In this document: piece by piece, positions 47,036 to 55,046 of the stretch
Position numbering within the stretch: position 1 is the stretch's first letter
How the letters are laid out: each line of letters starts with the position of its first letter
Assembly: GCA_029260965.1 (NCBI GenBank)
Contig: JAJDCG010000001.1
Coordinates: 20,803-84,802 of the forward strand
From: Candidatus Levyibacteriota bacterium
GTDB taxonomy: Bacteria; Patescibacteriota; Microgenomatia; Levybacterales; UBA12049
Reading direction: 5' to 3'
Length of the DNA stretch: 64,000 bases
Notes under the pieces: model-generated
Told to the model about the DNA's origin: nothing
Databases searched by the model: none
The model's input: the letters and a program-made list of their open reading frames with translations, nothing else
Made by a program: the position numbers and the translations under genes

Positions 47036-50000
47036 TTATCTTCCTTCTGATGTCTGTATAGCACCTTTTAGCAGAGTGCCCAATACAGCCAGGTATGTAG
47101 CCAGGCCTATCCTGCTATCAGGACTTCCTCTTTGTCCCAAAAACGCTTCTTTCAAAGCACTCCTGAGCGTAGAGCGCAGCAGTGATGTTTTGGTTATATT
47201 CCCAAACCACTGCATCTCTTCTTGTTCATAATATCCTGGTATCAGCCTGACATCACCTAGACTAAATTCGCTCCCTAAAATATCTTTTGGCAAAGTTTTG
47301 AGCGCGTCTGCGACAGTCAGAAAATATGCCTCATTATATCGAGAATCCGTCATCGAATAGCTTCTGAAGCTTACGAATTTAGATGCCAACTCTGTAAGCA
47401 CAGCTCTTCTTACAAGAAGCTTCATATGTTTTGGGTCATTTAGCTTGTTATAATCTATCTTTATTCGCCCATCAACATCCTTTACGACTTTACCTTTTTT
47501 ATCTCTCATCCAAAAAGAACTGCTGTTGAGCAGGTCATAACCAAACATATGCTCACCCAGAGTCATGTCTCGCCATATAGCCTCACCTGCTGTCAGTGAT
47601 GCTTCTTGATCAAGATAGCGATCCTTTTTCGAGTAATCGAGACTACCATAATCAGAAATAAGATATCTATATGGAGTAACAAGCTTTTTCTGAAAATCCT
47701 GTATAAACACTTCTTTTTGAAAAACAGGACCCTGAACAGGATGATGCTCTGTAAAATTTTTAAAATCAAACTCCTCCTTAGCGCTCATTATGTGGTCATA
47801 CATGTCAAGCCCTTTTCCGAGCTGGTCATTTGCCCAATTAAACAATGCATTTTCATTAAATGCTATCCTTCCCGTCATTTTCTGATATTGTTCCTGAAAG
47901 TATCTGGTCAAAAACCTGAGTCCATTTTCTTCCTTCTCTATCTCCGCTTCAGACGCACCCTGCCTCCTCATCTCTTCAATTTTCTTCCTGTATTTCTGGA
48001 GTTGCCTTTCTTGGGCTGTTTTCATTATGTCTGTTTCATCAAACTGTTCTTTTGCCGTGGTGTAATGCCTTCTACCCTCTTTATCCACTGTGAAGTGCAC
48101 TGTGTTTACTCCTCTCCATGTATCAGTAACCAAAGCTTTTTCCTGAAAAGTTCCAGGGTAATAACCGCCAGGATCTCCTTTCTTAAGTACCTTCACACGA
48201 TAAGCCGAAAGATTCATGGCTCTACCAGGGATCGTAACCGAGGGCTCATAGACATCATTTCTTGCCCAAATTAGCGCAGGTGCGGTCATGCCATATGAAA
48301 GCAGATCTGCAAATTTCAGGTTAATTTCATGCTCATCCCCCGTCTTTGTCCTGAGATGGAACTGCTCAGCAACTGTTGCCTTCATCACCTCACGCAAGGG
48401 CAGCACTACTTTTTTATTTTCGTTTTTCTGGACAAAAAAATTAATAAATTTTACAAAATTATCAGCATTGCTTTTGGTGGTTATCTGTCCGTTTTTATCA
48501 AAAGCTTTCACAAACTGTTCATGCGTCTCAAATCCCCAAAAGGCCTGCACTTCTTTTTCCCCTGTTGACTTTGTGCTTTCACCAAGTATTTTCATTAAGC
48601 CCTTTTCCCAGGTTTCTCTTTTGAAAAAATTTGAATCCTGACCTAATATTTCCTGAAGCTTTGAAAAATCAGAAAGCGCATCATAAACTCTGTACATCTT
48701 ATTGTATGCAGCCCCGACATCACTGTCGCTATAAAGAGGTTCTCCTTTTCTGGAGCTCTTGAACTCATTTGGAAAAAGCATCATATGGCTCATCAGGTTC
48801 TTACCCAAGGCATCCTTGGTAAGAGTACTCCCAGCCATCATCTCAGTAATAGTTTCTTTAAACTTTTCTCCATCTGCTCTTACTTTCTTAAGTTGCGCTG
48901 TCTGGGTTAAAAGAGTGGACAAAACCCAGGCTTCTTTTATCCATTGTGCGTAAAGATCGTTATATCTTGTTTCTCCATCTTCTGATTTAAAAAACCCTCC
49001 AGTAGGATTTGCAAACATACTCATAAGATTAGTTAAAGTCCCTCCATAACCTATACGTGCAAGACTTACTTCTTCGAAAAAATTATGTGGATCATCAGGA
49101 TTCAAGTCATACATCTCATACATTTTATTTCTCACCCACTCAACCATATTTCCTTCATTCACATAGTACTTGCTTCTCTCTGCATCAACAACCTTGTGTC
49201 CTTTTTCCATTTTTGTGACAATTCTCATCTCAAGAAGAGGAAATTTATCTGCAATTCCCCATTTATCATGCGATGTAGAATGCATCATGCGCCAAGCAAG
49301 CTCCTCAATGGTATCTGGTGATGCATCATACTCCTCTATGTTAAGGTTACCAGTTGCATTTCTACCTGTCTTGAGAAGTGCTTTGGGGAAAACAAGCCTC
49401 CTAACCCACTCTTCTGGCAAGTCAAGACTAATGGCAACTCCCTTTTTATCATCATCTAGCCACCTGTCATGCTCTCCTGTCAGTATTTTATACTTTTTTC
49501 TCAGATTCTCATTGCTGGATGAATGATCAATTTCTTCACCAGTCTCCCTCTTGTATGCAGCCATTGCTGTTTTGATAGAACTGATGAGCTCATCTGGCTT
49601 CCTGCCTCGAGCCAAAAACATCTCAAGAAGCATCCTTGTCTCATCATCTGAAACATGAAGATTTTTAATAAGCTCCTCTCCTACCTCAACTATTTTCTCA
49701 GTTGGCCAACCATATTCGCTCCAGTCCTCTTTCCTCCAGCTTTTCCTTGCAGCCTTCTGCTCAACCTCACTAGCACCCTCTCTAGCATAGGGTAAATTTT
49801 TTTCACTTCTGAGTACCTCGCCCGGAACAGGCTCATCCCCACCGCCTTCAAGCCTTTCCTGCTCTGTGAAAGCTTTTACTTTCTCTTCAATCTCGTAAAG
49901 TTGTCTATGCGTGCTGGCAAGAACAGCCTCATTACTCAACTCCTCATTTTCCATTATTTCCTTAAACCTTCTTTCCTCTTCGCTTGTAAGTATTTTCTTT

Positions 50001-50311
50001 TGTTTTTCTGCCTTCTGATACTCCTCTTTGGAGCTTGCATTTCCTATAAAGGGTTTTTCTTTGCGGTTGATAAATTCTCTAATTTGATAGTAAAGATCTC
50101 TTGTTCCTGCATCTTGCCGGATTTCATCAAGGCTTCTACCATGATTTTCTTGCACAAATTCATCCCAAGCTTGATATATTTCTCTTGTCTCACTGTTTCC
50201 TTCAAGAACTGCTGCACCTGCTTCTGACATACCTCTATCATATCGACTGGCAGACTGTGGTGTCAATTTAATTTCATGCTCCATAATGATTGGATTGTAA
50301 TCAAAACCCAT
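47036..50311 (-). CDS. Very large hypothetical soluble protein (1091 aa), no recognisable motif
   Basis: Uninterrupted ORF, no signal peptide/TM, embedded between VirB6-like gene and T4SS-like cluster on opposite strand. Confidence 0.5.
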   Translation of the reverse strand: MGFDYNPIIMEHEIKLTPQSASRYDRGMSEAGAAVLEGNSETREIYQAWDEFVQENHGRSLDEIRQDAGTRDLYYQIREFINRKEKPFIGNASSKEEYQKAEKQKKILTSEEERRFKEIMENEELSNEAVLASTHRQLYEIEEKVKAFTEQERLEGGGDEPVPGEVLRSEKNLPYAREGASEVEQKAARKSWRKEDWSEYGWPTEKIVEVGEELIKNLHVSDDETRMLLEMFLARGRKPDELISSIKTAMAAYKRETGEEIDHSSSNENLRKKYKILTGEHDRWLDDDKKGVAISLDLPEEWVRRLVFPKALLKTGRNATGNLNIEEYDASPDTIEELAWRMMHSTSHDKWGIADKFPLLEMRIVTKMEKGHKVVDAERSKYYVNEGNMVEWVRNKMYEMYDLNPDDPHNFFEEVSLARIGYGGTLTNLMSMFANPTGGFFKSEDGETRYNDLYAQWIKEAWVLSTLLTQTAQLKKVRADGEKFKETITEMMAGSTLTKDALGKNLMSHMMLFPNEFKSSRKGEPLYSDSDVGAAYNKMYRVYDALSDFSKLQEILGQDSNFFKRETWEKGLMKILGESTKSTGEKEVQAFWGFETHEQFVKAFDKNGQITTKSNADNFVKFINFFVQKNENKKVVLPLREVMKATVAEQFHLRTKTGDEHEINLKFADLLSYGMTAPALIWARNDVYEPSVTIPGRAMNLSAYRVKVLKKGDPGGYYPGTFQEKALVTDTWRGVNTVHFTVDKEGRRHYTTAKEQFDETDIMKTAQERQLQKYRKKIEEMRRQGASEAEIEKEENGLRFLTRYFQEQYQKMTGRIAFNENALFNWANDQLGKGLDMYDHIMSAKEEFDFKNFTEHHPVQGPVFQKEVFIQDFQKKLVTPYRYLISDYGSLDYSKKDRYLDQEASLTAGEAIWRDMTLGEHMFGYDLLNSSSFWMRDKKGKVVKDVDGRIKIDYNKLNDPKHMKLLVRRAVLTELASKFVSFRSYSMTDSRYNEAYFLTVADALKTLPKDILGSEFSLGDVRLIPGYYEQEEMQWFGNITKTSLLRSTLRSALKEAFLGQRGSPDSRIGLATYLAVLGTLLKGAIQTSEGR

Positions 50312-50397
50312 TCAGTCCACTTTATTTTTATTTTATAGAAACATTACAAAATATTAAAAAAGTTGTGCTATATAAGCAGAACAATTACAATAGCCTC

Positions 50398-51723
50398 ATG
50401 GGACCAGAACGTTTTGAATCTATATATCCCGATACTGTTCGTTCAGAAGAGATAAAAAAAATAATATCTTATGTAAAAGAAGGAAAGTCTACGCAACTCA
50501 TAAGCATACCTGGTGCTGGACGATCATCTATACTTGGTCTTCTTTCCCACAATGATGCTATTAGAAAAAAATATCTCGGAGACAAAAAAGATATTCATTT
50601 TGTGCTTGCCAATTTTTCTGAGATTAGAAAACGACCCCTCTTCGACGCAATAAAATTTCTATTTCTGAGCCTGACCAACTCATTAAAAGAGAAAAAAATG
50701 AACGAATACAATAAGATTAACTCACTATTTAAAGAAAATCTTGCTTATAATGATGAGCTTGTACTTTTTCAGGCTCTGAAAGAAGCCATTGACTATCTAA
50801 CAATTGAAAGAAAAACAAAAATTGTTTTCTTGTTTGATCGTTTTGATGAATACATTCCGTATTTGACACCAGAATTTTTTACTAATTTGCGCTCCCTCAG
50901 ACAAAGAGCTAAATACAGCCTTTCTGTTGTTTTTTCAATCAACAGACCACTTGAAGACGCTCTTGAGCCTACATTATTGTCAGATTTCTACGAATTTGTG
51001 GCAGGCAATCAAATCTATGTAGGGCTTGTGGATCTTGAAATGACAACCTTCAGGGTTAGGTATATTGAAAAAATTTCCCATAAAAAACTGCCATCAGGAG
51101 TATTTGAACAGATTATGAAACTCACTGGTGGTGATGGAAGATTGGTAAAGCTGTCTGTTGAAATTCTATTGTCAAATCCTAAGCCTAAGAATCTCAACGA
51201 TTTTTTACTGTCCCAGGAATCAATCAAAAGCGCTTTAAGCGAATTATGGCGCTCTTTTCTCCCTTCAGAGCAATCAGACCTCATAGAAGGAAACTTTGAT
51301 AATGAAAATATAAGAACTCATCTTGAAAACGTGGGTGTTGTTAAAAATAAAAAAATACAAATACCTCTTTTCTCAGAATTTATAAAAACACAGTATCAAA
51401 AACTCAAAAATGGAAAAAATCAGTTTATGTATGATGAGAATACAAACAGCATTAAAAATAATGATGCCATATTCTCTGACCAACTAACATCTTCAGAATT
51501 CAGGCTGCTCAAATTCCTCATCCTCAACAAGGATCGAATTATTAATAGAGAAGAGATTATAAATTTTGTCTGGTCTGATCAAAAATCAACTGCAGGAATT
51601 ACTGACCAGGCAGTAGATCAGCTAATTTTTCGCTTGCGACAAAAAATTGAAGAGAACCCGAATAGCCCCATTCATCTTCAAACAATCAAGGGACGAGGAT
51701 TTCGCTTTTTACCAAAATGCTAA
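50398..51723 (+). CDS. Putative regulator: N-terminal P-loop/AAA-like ATPase domain + C-terminal OmpR/PhoB-type winged-helix DNA-binding domain
   Basis: Walker-A-like ISIPGAGRSSILGLL, Walker-B-like KIVFLFDRFDEY; C-terminal LTSSEFRLLKFLILNKDRIINREEIINFVW...QAVDQLIFRLRQKIE...IKGRGFRF is a trans_reg_C signature. The track start at 50290 overlaps the divergent gene, so I use the ATG at 50398. Confidence 0.55.
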   Translation: MGPERFESIYPDTVRSEEIKKIISYVKEGKSTQLISIPGAGRSSILGLLSHNDAIRKKYLGDKKDIHFVLANFSEIRKRPLFDAIKFLFLSLTNSLKEKKMNEYNKINSLFKENLAYNDELVLFQALKEAIDYLTIERKTKIVFLFDRFDEYIPYLTPEFFTNLRSLRQRAKYSLSVVFSINRPLEDALEPTLLSDFYEFVAGNQIYVGLVDLEMTTFRVRYIEKISHKKLPSGVFEQIMKLTGGDGRLVKLSVEILLSNPKPKNLNDFLLSQESIKSALSELWRSFLPSEQSDLIEGNFDNENIRTHLENVGVVKNKKIQIPLFSEFIKTQYQKLKNGKNQFMYDENTNSIKNNDAIFSDQLTSSEFRLLKFLILNKDRIINREEIINFVWSDQKSTAGITDQAVDQLIFRLRQKIEENPNSPIHLQTIKGRGFRFLPKC

Positions 51724-51766
51724 CCAATCAATTGCATTTTTATCTCCAACTTAGTAATCTAGACTT

Positions 51767-52093
51767 ATGAGCATTTTGTCACAAGCCAAGCTTCCGAAGC
51801 CACCTTCAAGTATTCCCAGCGTGCCAACTGGTCAATCAGGTCTATCATATACTGGAGAGATTTTAAGAAACGCCATTACAATCATGATAATAATTGCTAT
51901 AATCTTGTCTGTTATTTTTCTTATCATCTCAGGTATCAAGTGGATCACATCAGGCGGAGACAAAGAAAAACTCCAAGCTGCAAAAGCAAGACTAACATGG
52001 GCCATTGTTGGCCTGATAGTTGCCTTTGTGGCATTTTTCTTAGTAAATATTTTGGGCTACATCTTTGGAGTAGAGTTGCTTGGATTCTTTTAA
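51767..52093 (+). CDS. VirB2/TrbC-like pilin-family small membrane protein, paralog 1
   Basis: Two hydrophobic helices flanking conserved IKWITSGGDKEKLQAAKARLTWAIVGL shared with the next two ORFs. Confidence 0.4.
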   Translation: MSILSQAKLPKPPSSIPSVPTGQSGLSYTGEILRNAITIMIIIAIILSVIFLIISGIKWITSGGDKEKLQAAKARLTWAIVGLIVAFVAFFLVNILGYIFGVELLGFF

Positions 52094-52145
52094 ACTTAAG
52101 TATTGACAAAAACAAAACAAGTGTTCTAGTATAAAGACAACCTAT

Positions 52146-52538
52146 ATGAAAAAACTAGTAAGCGCAGCCGTGGGAGTAGTATCTTATCTTTCGTTAGCAG
52201 GTGGTGCTTTTGCGCAGACGGTTGATCCCTGTCCAAAAGGTGAATTCAACGCACTTTGTTCAAAATTTAATGCAAGTGATACTGGAAGCATTATTGGCAC
52301 AGTGCTAACCTTTCTTCTCATCGCAGCTGTAATTGTTGCGCTTTTCTTTCTGATCTGGGGGGGCATCCGTTGGATTACATCAGGCGGAGACAAAACCAAG
52401 GTTGACTCAGCCAGAGGGCACATAGTTGCAGCAATCGTAGGTCTACTAATTGCTTTTGTTGCTTACTTTATAGTACAAATAATACTGAACGTATTCGGTC
52501 TTGGCCCTGTCAGTAGCCTAGAGCTTCCAACTTTCTAA
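52146..52538 (+). CDS. VirB2/TrbC-like pilin-family small membrane protein, paralog 2 (signal peptide)
   Basis: Signal peptide MKKLVSAAVGVVSYLSLAGGAFAQ, Cys pair, TM, IRWITSGGDKTKVDSARGHIVAAIVGL, second TM. Confidence 0.45.
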   Translation: MKKLVSAAVGVVSYLSLAGGAFAQTVDPCPKGEFNALCSKFNASDTGSIIGTVLTFLLIAAVIVALFFLIWGGIRWITSGGDKTKVDSARGHIVAAIVGLLIAFVAYFIVQIILNVFGLGPVSSLELPTF

Positions 52539-52589
52539 TCTAAATCTTCTTGTGTTTTACTTTTCCCTCTGATATTCTGAATTAGTCTT

Positions 52590-53000
52590 ATGAAAAAAAT
52601 CCTTCACTTCTTTCTGCTTTTTACGACAGCTAGTCTTGCACATCCATCAAATGCACACGCGCAGCTTTTTAAAAACTGGGATCAGGTAGTATCTGGATGT
52701 GTAATTGATGGAGTGCCCACTCTCCGATGCTTACCTGCTGTATTTGGAAACCTCATAAATGCAGGCATTGCTTTTGTGGGTGTTGTTGCTGTAATTCTCA
52801 TAGTTTACTCTGGAATAAGACTTATAACCTCAGGTGGAGATCCAAAAAAAGTTGCAGGAGCTCGTCAAATTATGACCTATGCCATAATTGGCTTAGTACT
52901 CGTGCTCTCATCCTTTGCTATAGTATTGTTCATCGGCTATGCTACCGGTAGCAGCGACTGTATTGGAGACCTAAACAACATAGCCTCTGGATGTAAATAA
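52590..53000 (+). CDS. VirB2/TrbC-like pilin-family small membrane protein, paralog 3 (signal peptide)
   Basis: Signal peptide MKKILHFFLLFTTASLAHPSNAHAQ, Cys pair, TM, IRLITSGGDPKKVAGARQIMTYAIIGL, second TM. Confidence 0.45.
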   Translation: MKKILHFFLLFTTASLAHPSNAHAQLFKNWDQVVSGCVIDGVPTLRCLPAVFGNLINAGIAFVGVVAVILIVYSGIRLITSGGDPKKVAGARQIMTYAIIGLVLVLSSFAIVLFIGYATGSSDCIGDLNNIASGCK

Positions 53001-53102
53001 CAAATTCTCCAAGTTTTCACAGACCCAGCCTCAAAGAAAATTTTTTTGATCTACTTTGAAAGAGTTGCAAACATATTTTTCACGTTATACACTTTTTTTA
53101 CT

Positions 53103-54356
53103 ATGGACAACCACCCTATACCCCAAGACGTAACAGGCTTCAAATTCAAGCTTATTGGCAGCATGACAGTAAAACAATTCGCCTACGTTGCAGCAGGCGT
53201 CATTACCTCAGTAATTTTATACTATCTTCCCCTGAAGGGTATTGCAGGGGGCCTCATAAAGGCATTGTTAATACCCGTATCTTTTGGTAGTGGAATTATG
53301 ATTGCCTTTCTTCCAATTGATGGAAGACCGATGGATGTAATGCTGGGTAATTTTATAAAGGCAGTTTTTTCACCCAATCAATACCTTTATCACAAAAACG
53401 GTCGAAGATTTAGCTTCATGACCATCTCGCTACCAACACGAGGCGCTTTCCAAAACACGCAACAAACGATGCAGGATCACCCAACCCATACAAACACCAA
53501 AAATAAACAGCTCAGAGAATTTCTTGACAAGAATAAAAGTCCTGAAATAAAAAATAACCTTGACAACAAAGAGCTTGCTTTTCTCAAATCCTTGGCAAGC
53601 AGCTATACCCAGACACCTGCATTACAACAGCATGCAGCAACACAACCACCCATACAGCAACCCCCACAACCTGCGTCTATACAAAAAGCTGAAAATCAAA
53701 CCATCCAAGAACCAATTGCTCGACCAGTGCAAAAAACTACTCCTGCTGTTCAGACAGCACCCGTGCAGCCACCATTAACAGCGCGGGTCGCAAATCCTGA
53801 ACCTACAAAAAACACAAATCCGCAAAACAATAAACCAGAACAATTAAAACAGCAGATCCAGAATGCCCATGATCAAAAAAAACTGCTTGAGAATGAACTA
53901 TCAAAACTTAAAAATCAGCTCCAAGAACACAAACCAGAAACACCTACTACAGCAGTAAGCCCATCTTCTGCACCCATACACACAACCCCAAACCCCACAC
54001 ATGTTCGGTCAATTCCTAAAGAAAGCGTACAAAAAATGGGAATCCTCGTCCCTGATTCTCCTAATGTTGTTGTGGGAATAGTAAAAGACCCAAGAGGAAA
54101 CATACTACAAAACATACTTGTTGAAATAACCGATAAGGATGGTAACGCTGTACGCGCTTTCAAAACTAACGCTCTCGGACAGTTTGCCTCAGCCACCCCT
54201 TTACCCACAGGCTCCTATACGGTTACACTTGAGGATCCCAGAAATCAACACAAGTTTGACTCAATTAAGATAGCTGCCAGAGATCAGGTTATGCTACCAA
54301 TTGAAATAATATCCTATGACAAACGGGAAGAATTAAGAAGAGACTTATTTAACTAA
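53103..54356 (+). CDS. PrgI/TcpE (VirB3-like) family membrane protein with Q/P-rich linker and C-terminal beta-sandwich (carboxypeptidase-regulatory-like) domain
   Basis: N-terminal FKFKLIGSMTVKQFAYVAAGVITSVILYYLP...IPVSFGSGIMIAFLPIDGRPMDVMLGNFIKAV resembles PrgI-family two-helix module; position directly upstream of VirB4. Confidence 0.45.
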   Translation: MDNHPIPQDVTGFKFKLIGSMTVKQFAYVAAGVITSVILYYLPLKGIAGGLIKALLIPVSFGSGIMIAFLPIDGRPMDVMLGNFIKAVFSPNQYLYHKNGRRFSFMTISLPTRGAFQNTQQTMQDHPTHTNTKNKQLREFLDKNKSPEIKNNLDNKELAFLKSLASSYTQTPALQQHAATQPPIQQPPQPASIQKAENQTIQEPIARPVQKTTPAVQTAPVQPPLTARVANPEPTKNTNPQNNKPEQLKQQIQNAHDQKKLLENELSKLKNQLQEHKPETPTTAVSPSSAPIHTTPNPTHVRSIPKESVQKMGILVPDSPNVVVGIVKDPRGNILQNILVEITDKDGNAVRAFKTNALGQFASATPLPTGSYTVTLEDPRNQHKFDSIKIAARDQVMLPIEIISYDKREELRRDLFN

Positions 54357-54359
54357 AGT

Positions 54360-55046
54360 ATGGCACAAAAAATTAACGCGTCTACGCAAAAATTTACAGA
54401 GATTGTTGACTTTGTTGATAATATAGTTGTTCTAGAGGGTGGAAACGCCTGTTTAATCATTGAAATCACTGCAAGTAACTTTGCATTGTTATCAAAAAGA
54501 GAACAAGACTCAAGAGTGGCCTCATATGCATCCCTTCTCAACTCGCTTTCTTTTCCTATACAGATTCTAATACGCAACAAGCGGATGGATATATCAAACT
54601 ACTTAAACGAATTGGATGAGGCAAAGAAAAATTCAAAGAACGATAGGCTGGCAACATACATTAGCTACTACCGCGATTTCGTTGAGGAGATAGTAACTGT
54701 AAATGTAGTTCTGAACAAATCTTTCTTTATTGTGGTGCCATACTCTTTTCTAGAAGGCAACATGCCCAATGCAAGCCAGCCACAACAAGCAAAAAAACAA
54801 AAAGATACTGTTTCTAAGTCTCAGAAAATTGCAGAAAATGCCAAAAGAGCTTTAGAGTCCAAGTCATCAACCGTTATGGCTCAGCTTCAAAAATTTGCTG
54901 TATCTGCAAAAATCCTCGAAAAAGACGAGCTGGTTAAGCTCTTTTATGACATATACAACCAGGGTGACGCACTGAATGTTGAACAAGCAGAGCCAGACAC
55001 TCAGAATGCATTCGTTGCAACAGCAGGAGGAGGAGAAAATACATGA
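54360..55046 (+). CDS. VirB4 N-terminal-domain-like protein (possible split VirB4 or frameshift), coupled by ATGA overlap to VirB4 ATPase ORF
   Basis: VVLEGGNACLIIEITASNFALLSKREQDSRVASYASLLNSLSFPIQILI resembles the N-terminal segment of Gram-positive-type VirB4 ATPases; stop overlaps next start at 55043-55046. Confidence 0.35.
   Translation: MAQKINASTQKFTEIVDFVDNIVVLEGGNACLIIEITASNFALLSKREQDSRVASYASLLNSLSFPIQILIRNKRMDISNYLNELDEAKKNSKNDRLATYISYYRDFVEEIVTVNVVLNKSFFIVVPYSFLEGNMPNASQPQQAKKQKDTVSKSQKIAENAKRALESKSSTVMAQLQKFAVSAKILEKDELVKLFYDIYNQGDALNVEQAEPDTQNAFVATAGGGENT

Noticed and set aside
47036-50311. 1091-aa protein as the missing T4SS relaxase
   Set aside because: No N-terminal HUH histidine triad or catalytic-tyrosine motifs are recognisable, and there is no helicase P-loop.
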